NCBI GenBank assembly: GCA_001275005.1
Contig: JWZX01002242.1
Coordinates: forward strand, 1-36,726
Length of the DNA: 36,726 bases
Direction of reading: 5' to 3'
Source: Chrysochromulina tobinii
Taxonomy: Eukaryota
Part shown: positions 17,593 through 26,953 of the stretch, piece after piece
How the letters are laid out: the number at the start of each line of letters is the position of its first letter
Numbering within the stretch: position 1 is the stretch's first letter
Notes under the pieces: model-generated
Database searches by the model: none
The model's input: only the letters and a program-made list of their open reading frames with translations
Told to the model about the DNA's origin: nothing
Position numbers and translations under genes: made by a program

Positions 17593-20052
17593 ATGACTGT
17601 TCACCAGCGAATAGGGATTCTTAGGATGGGGGCTACGAAGGAGGACGTACCGCACGATTCGGCCCTCGCGGCCACGCGCGTGCAGGCTGCATTGCGCGGT
17701 CGGCAGGCACGCAAGGAGGTCGAGACCATGGAACGCGTTCGTGAGCTCCGCGCCATCCTTGCCGATTCGAACAAGCGGGTCTTTGAGTTCTTTCGCCTTT
17801 GGGATGTGGACGGTTCCGGCGAGGTTGACCGCAGCGAGTTCGCACCGGCGCTGCGCGCGCTCGGCCTCGACCTGACCGACGAGGACGCGGCGGCGCTCTT
17901 CGCATCCTTTGACTCCGATGGCTCAGGCCAGCTTTCCCAACTGGAGATGTACCGGCAGCTGCGCTCAGGCAAAGACGTCGACCTCTCCTCCCATTTGGTG
18001 GCCGACCGCTTTGGGACGGTGCACCGCGTCAAAGTCGCCCAGGGTTCCGCTGGGGAGATCGTGCTCGAGGCAAAGAATGCGATCGCGATCACGCATACCT
18101 CGAGGCGCAAGCGCTACTCGGCGCTGCCTGCGGCTGTCGACCTCGTCGAGATCGAGGATGGCGGCGCGCCGATCGTGGAGCAGCTGCGCGACCTACTGAC
18201 CGAAAATTCGACGCGGGTGGTCGACCTCTTCCGCGACTGGGACGTGGACCAGAGCGGTACGATCACGCGAAAGGAATTCTGCCGCTCAGTTGCCGCTCTC
18301 GGCTTCCTACCAGCCAAGGGGCCCGAGGAGGTCCTCACTCTCTTTAATGAGCTCGACGCGGACGGTTCGGGCACGATCGAGTACGCCGAGCTCAACAAGG
18401 TGCTGCGCCGCGGCGCCAGCATCGAGCTCGCCGCGGTGCTGCGGGATGGCGCCGTCGCGTTCGGGGTGACGAAACTTGTCAATCGCGGGAGGTTGCTCGC
18501 ACTGCGCGCAGCCAAGGCGGCCGCGCTCGACCCGGACGCGGACCCGTACGCGGCCTTGCGTCGCGTGGGCGTCGCGCGCAGCATCACGACAGCCGCCAGC
18601 GCGCGCGCCGCCGCACCCGACGACGCGCGCCCGCCGCAGTCGCCTCGCTCCTTCCAAAGGGCTGCCCTGCTGTTCAGTCGTGACCTCTTCGCGTCACATC
18701 GCGCCTCGAGGCCTCCGAAGGTGGAGCCGTTTCGTGCGTCGCCTCGTGCGAAGAGCGTGGCACACCACGCCCACGGCGCTGCAGAAAGCGAGGCGCCAAT
18801 CTCGGGGGAGATCTCGCCGAGAATCATCTCGCATCTGCTGTATGCCCCGAACGCGCCCCCGGGCACCGCCGTCGGCCATACTCGTGGACGGCTCGGAGTG
18901 GTGCCGCCCACTCCTAGGGAACTGGTCGCGGCAGCGATGGCGGAGCAGGAGGCGATGGCGCAGCAGGCTGCGATGCAGCGTTTGACAAGCGCACGCGAGC
19001 TCTACTCAACGGCGGAGTCGACGTACAAGGGAGCACACGCGGAGATGAAAGGGATGGGGGCGCACCGGCTCTCGGGTACGGGGGGCACCGGTAAAGGGGG
19101 CCTGCTCACAGGCACCACGAGCACCCTATCCGTCGGCGGTGCGCACCCGACCTCCTCCGTCCGCACGCTTCCGCCACTCTCGCCGCACGCGTCTCCACGT
19201 GGTCTCGAGGCGAACGCCGCGGGTCCCTCAGTGCCGTGGCTGCCGCCCTACTGGCTCGGCGGCGGCGGAGCGGGGGACTTTTTCGGGCCGCAGCCCGAGA
19301 AGCCGACGCCGCGACCGCCGCAGACACCGGCACCGCGTGCTGCACTGCAGCGACCCAGAGCCGCGTCGAGAGGGCACGTGCGAGCGCGGTTCGACACGCC
19401 GGCAACCGCGCCAGACGAGGCAGCGGAAGCAACAGAGCCATCGCTCGAGGCGATCGAAGCGCATGCGCTGGCTGAGGCGATGGCAGAAGCGGTCGCCTCT
19501 GCCCTTCGGCCCGACGAGGGCTTCAGATTGGACGAGGTACCGAGGTTGGCCCCCAAGCTAGCGACAGAGCCAGCAGCACTCGCACCCGCGGACGCGACCG
19601 CGACCGAGCCCGCGCCCGAGGCGCCTAATCCCGAGCCTGAGCCTGCGCGTGAGCCGGGTGCCGCCCCGTCGGCCGAGGCGCCGACGGCGTTGGCCGACGC
19701 TGCTGTAAGGCCCCAAAGCCCTGGTGAGGCTGTGGTAGAGGAGGTGATCGCTGCCAGTGTCCTGGCCATTACCGGCGAGGCGCTGCCGCCAGCGCCGCCG
19801 CCAGAGGTGCCACCAGCGCCAGCGACGGAGCCGGCGGTGCCGGAGATGGTGCCGGAGCCAGAAGCGGAGCCTGCAGCGGCGGGGCTAGCGGAGGCGGAGC
19901 CAGTGGCGGAGCTAGCGGAGGCGGAGCCAGCAGCGGCGGAGATGGAGCCAGCAGCGGCGGAGATGGAGCCTGCAGCGGCGGGGATGGTGTCAGAGCCAGC
20001 GGTGGAAACAGCAGCAACAGTGGCAGATGCACCTGCCGACAACGAGCCCTGA
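17593..20052 (+). CDS. IQ-motif + four EF-hand calcium-binding protein with long Pro/Ala/Glu-rich tail
   Basis: IQ motif ATRVQAALRGRQARK. EF loops DVDGSGEVDRSE, DSDGSGQLSQLE, DVDQSGTITRKE and DADGSGTIEYAE form two similar modules. An alternative start is ATG 17626. AE(A/M)EPAA repeats lie at ~19860-19990. Confidence 0.88.
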   Translation: MTVHQRIGILRMGATKEDVPHDSALAATRVQAALRGRQARKEVETMERVRELRAILADSNKRVFEFFRLWDVDGSGEVDRSEFAPALRALGLDLTDEDAAALFASFDSDGSGQLSQLEMYRQLRSGKDVDLSSHLVADRFGTVHRVKVAQGSAGEIVLEAKNAIAITHTSRRKRYSALPAAVDLVEIEDGGAPIVEQLRDLLTENSTRVVDLFRDWDVDQSGTITRKEFCRSVAALGFLPAKGPEEVLTLFNELDADGSGTIEYAELNKVLRRGASIELAAVLRDGAVAFGVTKLVNRGRLLALRAAKAAALDPDADPYAALRRVGVARSITTAASARAAAPDDARPPQSPRSFQRAALLFSRDLFASHRASRPPKVEPFRASPRAKSVAHHAHGAAESEAPISGEISPRIISHLLYAPNAPPGTAVGHTRGRLGVVPPTPRELVAAAMAEQEAMAQQAAMQRLTSARELYSTAESTYKGAHAEMKGMGAHRLSGTGGTGKGGLLTGTTSTLSVGGAHPTSSVRTLPPLSPHASPRGLEANAAGPSVPWLPPYWLGGGGAGDFFGPQPEKPTPRPPQTPAPRAALQRPRAASRGHVRARFDTPATAPDEAAEATEPSLEAIEAHALAEAMAEAVASALRPDEGFRLDEVPRLAPKLATEPAALAPADATATEPAPEAPNPEPEPAREPGAAPSAEAPTALADAAVRPQSPGEAVVEEVIAASVLAITGEALPPAPPPEVPPAPATEPAVPEMVPEPEAEPAAAGLAEAEPVAELAEAEPAAAEMEPAAAEMEPAAAGMVSEPAVETAATVADAPADNEP

Positions 20053-20427
20053 GTGTGCAATCGGCATGTCCGAATTCGTCTGGCATCATACATCGTCACA
20101 CGCGTCAGCGCCGCAGGCGCGAGGCGGACAAGAGCGTCAAAAGATAAGCATGAAGTTGTAAGGTCAATGGCAGCCGTGGCACGACCCCGTCCCGCTCGGC
20201 CCGCGCTGAGACCCCGCGACCACGCGCGAGTCGTGACACGACTAAGACACGAGCACACGACACGACGACGGTGCCCGTCCGCGGTCGGGTCGCGGTCGGC
20301 GTCGCACATCGCTGTGGGGGTGGGGGTTCAGGCTGCGTGCGGGTCCGTTCATAATTGTGGACGCTACACGCTTCTCGCTTGAGGCGAAAAATCTTAGAAA
20401 AATCAAAAAACGACGAAAATCCGTTAA

Positions 20428-20644
20428 AGGAACACTCCCCTGCCCGAAACCAACTCCCATGGAAAACACACGAAAAAACTCAAAAAACTCTAAAAACTCT
20501 AAAAACTCTCGACCTCGGCGTCTCGTTGCAGGGCACCACCTTTCCAAAAAACAAAAAAAATTAATTCTGCGGATTCGGACCGGTCCGAATCCCTGCAGGA
20601 ACGTGGAACGACGTCGCGTTCGTTTCGGAAATCGGACTCTTCCT
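20428..20644. mobile_element. Non-autonomous Kolobok-like DNA transposon (MITE A, 217 bp)
   Basis: Flanked by TTAA at 20424-20427 and 20645-20648. The imperfect TIRs are AGGAACACTCCCCTGCCCGAAAC and the reverse complement of the right end, AGGAAGAGTCCGATTTCCGAAAC (17/23 identical). Termini are AG..CT (RR..YY). The interior is A-rich and holds a 22-bp perfect palindrome. Confidence 0.7.
20571..20592. repeat. Perfect 22-bp palindrome GGATTCGGACCGGTCCGAATCC
   Basis: Equal to its own reverse complement; lies inside MITE A. Confidence 0.95.
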
Positions 20645-20648
20645 TTAA

Positions 20649-21008
20649 GGTAGTCCGCTCGCACTCATTAGGGTAATTTTGGAAATCAGCCCTACATAAA
20701 TCAATGAGTCCCAAGGCCCCCGGGGCGGGGGAGGGTGGTGAAAGAATGGACAACGGTGGAGCCAAACAGTGAAAAGAAGCTGGTTCGAGTCTCACGGGGG
20801 GCACTTCCCGCGCTTGCTTTTTTAGGCAAAATTAGGGTTTTGGGCTGGTTTGTGAACTAGAGTATGGGATTTCCACGTTCGATTCTGAAAGTTTTGAGCT
20901 AGAACTCAATGGGAGTGCGTGGGACACCTCTGGCTTGAGTTTCGGTCAAATCCCTTCAGTGCTTTTAGAGATCAGGTTTCGCCCCATGTACACCATAAGC
21001 GGACTACC
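20649..21008. mobile_element. Non-autonomous Kolobok-like DNA transposon (MITE B, 360 bp)
   Basis: Perfect 11-bp TIRs GGTAGTCCGCT (20649-20659) and AGCGGACTACC (20998-21008). Flanked by TTAA at 20645-20648 and 21009-21012. Termini are GG..CC (RR..YY). No transposase ORF. Confidence 0.85.
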
Positions 21009-21131
21009 TTAAGAGGTTCTTCACGGAACAAAAGCTGTGGGAAGACGAGATGTTAGCATGGCTTCTCTCTCGTGCGCGGCTCCACTCTCCCTTCCGTCCT
21101 GCCGCGACGCTTCATACACGCTCTCGACCCC

Positions 21132-21788
21132 ATGTATTCCTTTTGGCGTGCCGAGCCGCTTTCGGTCAAACTTCGTCAAGAACTCGACGAGCTACCTCCG
21201 ATCGCAGAGTGTGATAAGTCACGGCGCTTGAAGCTCCTTGAGCGCCTCGTGTCACAGCTCAGCGAGGAAAACGAGATCTTGCAACGTGCAAATTCGTCAG
21301 CGTCACGTTCTCGTTCCTCAGCGCCTTCGAAGTTGGCCGAACCAGCAAGGCCATACTCGATCGTATTTTCTTCCAAAGGAACGCTGTTTACGCATGTGGA
21401 GTGCATCCAAGCCGAAGTGGTCCGTCAATGCCCAGGCGTGCAGTGGACTAAATCAGAATATCCCGATGGACATCAAAGCAGTGATATTGCACGCGTCTTG
21501 TTCTTTCGACCCGGGCAGCGCGTATCGGATTCCGAGTTCAAGGACCTGGAGAAATTTTGTGTCGGAAAAGCGAATTTTGTGGTCTTCATGCACAACGAGA
21601 TGCGTGACTGCGACTCAGTCGGCGTCGAGACGTACGTCACTAATCGTATCTCCAGTTTAAAGCACTCGACTACGTCTGCATCCATGGCCTTCAAGGAGGA
21701 TGCACTATATCCGATCAGCGAAGGTTTGAACGCAGCCTCATTGGCTAAGCTCGCGTCTTTCGTGAAGGCGCAGGCGCCGCGTGCCTGA
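21132..21788 (+). CDS. Orphan protein: N-terminal coiled coil + alpha/beta (TIR/flavodoxin-like) domain
   Basis: ATG 21132 lies in ORF 21072..21788 and gives 218 aa. GC is visibly lower than in neighbouring genes. Heptad-like LKLLERLVSQLSEENEILQ. Alternating strand/helix pattern YSIVFS / RVLFF / FVVFMH / SMAFKED. Confidence 0.65.
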   Translation: MYSFWRAEPLSVKLRQELDELPPIAECDKSRRLKLLERLVSQLSEENEILQRANSSASRSRSSAPSKLAEPARPYSIVFSSKGTLFTHVECIQAEVVRQCPGVQWTKSEYPDGHQSSDIARVLFFRPGQRVSDSEFKDLEKFCVGKANFVVFMHNEMRDCDSVGVETYVTNRISSLKHSTTSASMAFKEDALYPISEGLNAASLAKLASFVKAQAPRA

Positions 21789-22824
21789 GATGCAATGACC
21801 GGGAGAGCCGGCAGGGTCAAGGGCCATGTTGACTTTGTCTTGAATTGAGAGACGTACCGACTGCCACGCAGCAGCTCTACGGCTGTGAAAGGATACAGCA
21901 TGGAGGAGACTGGGCAACTGTGACTGTGAAGGGCAACTGGGGCTTTGACCACCGGTATCTATGGGTATCCCTATGAGCAGTCGTAGGTATCCCATTCGGG
22001 GCTCAGGAAGCTGCTGCGGCGCCTGCAGCTGCAGCTGGCGTGGGGCGTGGCCGAGGGCGAGGGAAGGGCAAAGGGCGCGGCAGAAGCGGCAAGGGCGGGC
22101 GAGCCAGCGCTCCGAGCGCCGCGCCAGCAGCTGACTCTCGAGCGGCATCAAAGTAACGGTGGCAGCACGTCGCCTCGCACACGCCCACGCCACGTACGAC
22201 GGTACGCTCAAGCCGGAGTCTGTCGAAAACAATCGTGGCGCTGTCATCTCGAAGCCGCCCGTGGCAGTGCTTCCCGCGCTTTGACGTTGTCGGAGCGCCC
22301 GGGTGGCAAAAGACGCGCTCCACGAGCATTCAGTGCATGAACAAAAACTAATCCACATCGACATGTGGACGGGACGGTGTGTCCGAGAAGGTAGCTCCGA
22401 GAATATAAACTGAAATAAACCCACACTCAATCTCAAGAAGCGAAGAATGGTGCGTGTGGCCGGCCAAATGCTATTTGTTTGGCTCAACACGACCGCGGCC
22501 GCGCACCGGTGTGACGTGTGGGTGTGCCGTGTAGTCCGCGGACCGCGGCCCCGCCAGCGCCACGAGCACATTCACTCTGAAACGCTCTGGGAAAGCTGGA
22601 CAACACGACGCACGCACCCGACACCGAGTGGGCCGAGCGGGCGGCCATAATTGTGGTTTATGCCGCGTTTCCGTTTTCGGGCGGGCCGCGAGTTTTCCAC
22701 ATGACCGAACTATCGCAACTAACCGCGGCACAACGCCCCTCCCTTCGCGGCCACATGTACGCAGCGCCGCTTTCTAGATTCTCGAGACCGGGTAAACTTT
22801 CCCCGGCTATCGCTCTCAGAACTA

Positions 22825-23955
22825 TTAATCGAGCATCCACCACGACGCGCTCCCCTTGGTGAGCGTCTTGGTGTTGCCCTTGTGAGTGCGCGCGAAGCAG
22901 CGCTCCGTGGTCTCCTGTGCAGCCAACAGGGTTCCGAAGCAGAGGGCGCCCGCAAAGCGCCAGCAAACCTTGCCTTTGGCCTTGCTCACCTGGCCCTTGG
23001 GTGGCTGCTGCCTCATCTCCTCGGTGGACGGCGCCAGCTTCGTCACATCCGCGGCGAGGACGAGCGCCGTGTTGGGCGTGGGCTCGACTTCCAGCGCGTC
23101 GTCCTGAGCGTCGTCCGCGGAGGTGGCGCATGCGGCGGCGGGCTCACCTGTGGTGAGTACCTGCGCGAGCACCTCGCGATCTTCCCCCTCGAGCTCCCCG
23201 AGCCCCACGATCCCGTCAAAGGCCGCCTGCCGGCCGTTGGCATCCTCGCCGAGTGCGCTGAAGACAGGCCGTAAGAGCGACACTGCCGCAGAGAGCTTCA
23301 CGTGGTTGGTGGTGATGTGGGCGCTTGCCGAGAGCCGCCGCTCGCCCGCGGCAAACGCCTGCTTCGTCTGCTTACACTTGCCGCGGCCGGTGGCCTCTGT
23401 CGTGATCTTGAGTGCACTCACGAAGCACTCGGGATGCTGCCACGTCATCACCTGCCGCCCGACCATCCAAGTCTCCATGCCGACGCGTGGGGCGCCGGCG
23501 GGGAGCATCTCGAGGCATTTGCGGCACTTGCTCCGGCCCGTCTTGGCCGCCTCGACCACGATGCACGAGCCCTCCGGACCAGATGGCTCCACGTCCAGCT
23601 TCACCGTGGCTGCGGCTGGCGAGGCACGCGTGGTGCCCTTTCTGGACGCCTTGACCGGCCGCGGAATGTCTTCATACTCGTCGTCTTCGTCTTCGCCGTC
23701 GCCGTCGCCGTCTTCGTCGTCGTCGTCGTCCGAGCCATTCGAGTCCTTTGCGGCTGTGCGATTAGACACCCGAGTGGTCCGCTTGGGCACAGCGTAGTCG
23801 GGGTCGTCGTCCCGGCGCCTTTTCTGAATCAGCGCTTTCTTCGGCTGCTTGGAAGCGAGGATTGGCTTGTCCAGCCCCAGACTCTTGAGCACGGCGTTGT
23901 TCGCCGCGATCGTCTTCTCGCGCTCGAGCTCGTACGCCGAGAGGGAGGCCGCCAT
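22825..23955 (-). CDS. PARP-type zinc-finger protein with no catalytic domain; small C-terminal beta domain
   Basis: N-terminal helix LSAYELEREKTIAANNAVLKSLGL, then a basic NLS-like segment and an acidic tract. zf-PARP VEAAKTGRSKCRKC...RVG...WQHPECF has CxxC/HxxC intact. A degenerate second finger starts TGRGKCKQT. 376 aa. Confidence 0.85.
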   Translation of the reverse strand: MAASLSAYELEREKTIAANNAVLKSLGLDKPILASKQPKKALIQKRRRDDDPDYAVPKRTTRVSNRTAAKDSNGSDDDDDEDGDGDGEDEDDEYEDIPRPVKASRKGTTRASPAAATVKLDVEPSGPEGSCIVVEAAKTGRSKCRKCLEMLPAGAPRVGMETWMVGRQVMTWQHPECFVSALKITTEATGRGKCKQTKQAFAAGERRLSASAHITTNHVKLSAAVSLLRPVFSALGEDANGRQAAFDGIVGLGELEGEDREVLAQVLTTGEPAAACATSADDAQDDALEVEPTPNTALVLAADVTKLAPSTEEMRQQPPKGQVSKAKGKVCWRFAGALCFGTLLAAQETTERCFARTHKGNTKTLTKGSASWWMLD

Positions 23956-24197
23956 GTTGCGGGAAAAAGCGAAAAGTCAAGGAAAAGTCGAAGCTGTTCA
24001 ACACGACGCATTCGGGCACCCGAGCGAGCCAGCCGCGCCAGAGCGAGCCAGCCGGGTGCCGCGGGTCGGATTTTCCATGTTAAAAGTCTCCTGAGGCAGA
24101 CCCAAGATGCCATCGGACCCGCCCCACGACCCGCACCCCGCTGACCCCCACCTCAACACTCTTCATGGTTGTTGCAGCCCGGTTTGTCACACAGCTC

Positions 24198-25730
24198 TCA
24201 CAGCACCCACACGAGCTTCGAGTCCGCTCCCGCGACGCCCGGCGCGTCGGAGATCTCACCATCCGAGACCTTGAAGGCCGATTTGGGCATGATGGGAAGC
24301 GTCATCTTGGGCACTCCGTGGAGGGAAGGCCCGCGCAGCATGCTCGCCTTCATCGGCGCGGCGCGCGTCACGGCAAAGGCGCGCTCCCAAGGGGCGCCTG
24401 TGATCTCCATCTCGGGAAGCAGAGCACTGAGACTGTCGGTGTCGGTGGGCTGCAGCTTGCGCGGACCCGCAGGCTCGTCCAGGGTGGCGCCGCAGCGGGA
24501 GCACACCCCGGATCCCTTCTTGATCTCCGCCACTGACATGGCCCACGTCTTGCGGTCAAAGTACACGGCGTACTGGCGCAGGAAGGGCATCCCTAAAATG
24601 GACATCGGGCCCAGCATGGTCGTCTCGTCGATCGAGGAGAGCAGCGGCACGCATCGGATCCCTTGGGTGTACTCGGGCAAATAAACCTCGTACTCGCCCA
24701 CCTTGGCTTTCTTGGACGTCGGGATGTCGACGTTCATCTCGCCCATGTACACCGAGGGCGGGAGCACCAGATCCTGCCCGCCCACGCGCAGCTCGAGGTT
24801 CGGCATCGCCTCGAAGTGGGGTCCATCGCATGTCTCCTGGTCCTGAAGCGAGAGCAAGCAGTTCGTCTGCGTGCAGCCCGCCTCGATCGTACGGTAGAGC
24901 GTGTCCACCACACTCTCCGGGAATGCGAGCAGCGTCGTGCCCGAGTCGATGATCGTCGCGCACGGCTCGTCGCCGGAGCACGTCGACGAGCCGACCTGGC
25001 CGGCCACGCCCACGTGGTCCAGCACGGCTCCCCACACGTGCTCGCCGATCGTCTCGACGGGCTTGTACGCGTTGCCCACGTCGAGCTGGCTGTGCATGTC
25101 GAGCCGGCCGCCGACGCCATCGCCTGTGAGCTTCGGGTCGCCCATGCACAGCGTGAAGCCCTCGACCTTCATGTCCTCGAGGAAGGCCGTGTCCTTCAGC
25201 TCGGTCTTCTTGCGCTTGCCCAGGCCCATGATGCCGTCGTACGGCGCACTCGCAAAGCCTGACAGGGTCTCGTTCACTATGAGCGCGACGTTCACGATCT
25301 CGCCCTCGTGAATGGGAACCGTCGACTTCTCGGTGCCGAAGAAGCTCACCTTTGTCTCCGTGTCTTTCACGGTGATGCCGCCCTGCCCGTATTGGAGCAG
25401 AAAGGTTTTGGGTGAGACCCCCAAAGGCTCGTCCGGCTCAAAGCGACGGTGAGCCTTGCAGGCATCGTCTGCGCAGTACGTCGAGGCCGCCACGAGCACA
25501 TACGAGCCAGTGTCCGGCACCACGGACATGTGCGTCGGGGGAGTGCCGACCCCAACGATGGTGGTGTACACGATGCCGTCATTGTTGGTCAGCGGTGCAC
25601 AGAAGGCCGCCTTGCCCTGCGGCACGTTAAAGAGGCCTACTGGGTCGGTGTCGAGCGGCAGCGCTGCACTTGTAGACCCAACCACTTCTGATGATGGCAG
25701 GGTGAATACCCCGAGGAAGAGTGCCAACAT
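24198..25730 (-). CDS. Secreted pepsin-like aspartic protease (peptidase A1)
   Basis: Signal peptide; VGVGTPP; catalytic motifs VPDTGS and IIDSGTT; flap LQYGQG; DGIMGLG; ILGMPFLRQYAVYFD. 510 aa with a C-terminal extension. Confidence 0.95.
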   Translation of the reverse strand: MLALFLGVFTLPSSEVVGSTSAALPLDTDPVGLFNVPQGKAAFCAPLTNNDGIVYTTIVGVGTPPTHMSVVPDTGSYVLVAASTYCADDACKAHRRFEPDEPLGVSPKTFLLQYGQGGITVKDTETKVSFFGTEKSTVPIHEGEIVNVALIVNETLSGFASAPYDGIMGLGKRKKTELKDTAFLEDMKVEGFTLCMGDPKLTGDGVGGRLDMHSQLDVGNAYKPVETIGEHVWGAVLDHVGVAGQVGSSTCSGDEPCATIIDSGTTLLAFPESVVDTLYRTIEAGCTQTNCLLSLQDQETCDGPHFEAMPNLELRVGGQDLVLPPSVYMGEMNVDIPTSKKAKVGEYEVYLPEYTQGIRCVPLLSSIDETTMLGPMSILGMPFLRQYAVYFDRKTWAMSVAEIKKGSGVCSRCGATLDEPAGPRKLQPTDTDSLSALLPEMEITGAPWERAFAVTRAAPMKASMLRGPSLHGVPKMTLPIMPKSAFKVSDGEISDAPGVAGADSKLVWVL

Positions 25731-26003
25731 GCTAGTCTACCGCACGTCTTTCGAGCCGAGCACGCTCTCTTGCTGCGCAATGTAAGACAGTCGAGAGCGC
25801 AGCGCACACGGACGACCTGGACGCTGGACCTTGACACAGGTGACCTAAAGTAGGACTGAATTTTGCGTGTGCATGTATTTGCTTTTTGTAAATGATTTTT
25901 GGGAAACATTCAATCCAAAGGCTTCTGGTAGGAGCCTGTTGCGAGAATTCACACACGTAGCCCGGTGTCGCATCTGACGTGTTAACGTTCACACGGTCCG
26001 CTG

Positions 26004-26549
26004 ATGGCGCAATCGACCCCGAACTTGCGCACCCCGAACGTGCGCTGCGCCTCGTGTCGTCGTGGCGCATGGGCCGTGGTGAAATTGATTGACGGCAGCC
26101 GGCATGCCGGTGTGCTGTACGCAGTCGATCCAGAGAGCGGCCACGTGGTGCTGCTGAGGCCCGCTAAGGCCGAGGCTGATGATCAGGCAGCTGGGTCTCG
26201 AGTTGCGCCGCTTGTGCTCTTTGGCCCATCAATCGTCTCGATAGCGCAATCACCTGACGCGGCCGGCGCCGCCAGCGAGGCGCACCTGGATCGCATCGCT
26301 CCCGCCGACGCATCGCTCCCGTCGACGCAAAGGACCACTGACTCGGAGCAGCGCCGTGCCGCCGTGCGAGCGGCGTTGCGTGCAGAGCGAGCACCCTTTG
26401 AGGAGCATTTGGACGGCACGTTTGTGGTTCTCGACTGCTTGCAGATTGGACCGCCGTACGCGCGCCACTCGTGCCGCTGCGAGAACGAGATTGTGCTCGA
26501 TCGCATCCTCGAGCTGCTGGATGGCGTCTTGTTGGGCGGGAATGGATAG
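26004..26549 (+). CDS. GEMIN6: Gemin6 (SMN complex, Sm-like fold + C-terminal domain)
   Basis: Sm1 motif G.LYAVDPESGHVVLL. The C-terminal segment EQRR..VRAALR..RAPF...LQIGPPY....C.CENEIVLDRI matches the Gemin6 pattern IDPPY...C...NEIIL.R. 181 aa. Confidence 0.82.
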   Translation: MAQSTPNLRTPNVRCASCRRGAWAVVKLIDGSRHAGVLYAVDPESGHVVLLRPAKAEADDQAAGSRVAPLVLFGPSIVSIAQSPDAAGAASEAHLDRIAPADASLPSTQRTTDSEQRRAAVRAALRAERAPFEEHLDGTFVVLDCLQIGPPYARHSCRCENEIVLDRILELLDGVLLGGNG

Positions 26550-26953
26550 CGCTGCAACCGAACTCGACATTAAAACCCCCGCGGTCCAAGAGACGGATAA
26601 GTGTGCACGTCGTACGGTCGCCCATTTGTATGACGCCGTGCGCTTCAAAGGAGCTGTTGCACCTGCACACCAAATGAGAGAAACATTTCCCCACGCACTT
26701 TTACGTATACACACGTGACTGCATCACATAACGCACGACAATCGTGTGTGGCCCCTCCCGCCCAAACGCGCCCCGCTCCAGGCGCGCGGTCGCCCGCGCC
26801 ATCAAGCCGCAGCGCACCAGGAGAGGGCAGTCGGTGTCTGAAGTCTCTCCCCCACCACCCCCGCCATGCTGCCGTGTGCACACACGCTCCGTCTCTCCTT
26901 ACATGAAGGCTGTGAGAGCCGCTCCCTTTCTCTGTCACGCCCGCATGCATCCC

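Noticed and set aside
20715..20803. tRNA-like segment with a B-box (GGTTCGAGTC at 20782-20791) and GCCCCCG/CGGGGGGC ends inside MITE B
   Set aside because: No consistent D, anticodon or T stems could be folded. At most a degenerate Pol III-like relic, so no tRNA is called.
20350..22656. 11-bp direct repeat CATAATTGTGG (20350-20360, 22646-22656) as the TSD of a 2.3-kb insertion
   Set aside because: There are no terminal inverted repeats just inside the copies, and ATAATT recurs in other intergenic regions here, so a shared motif or chance is as likely.
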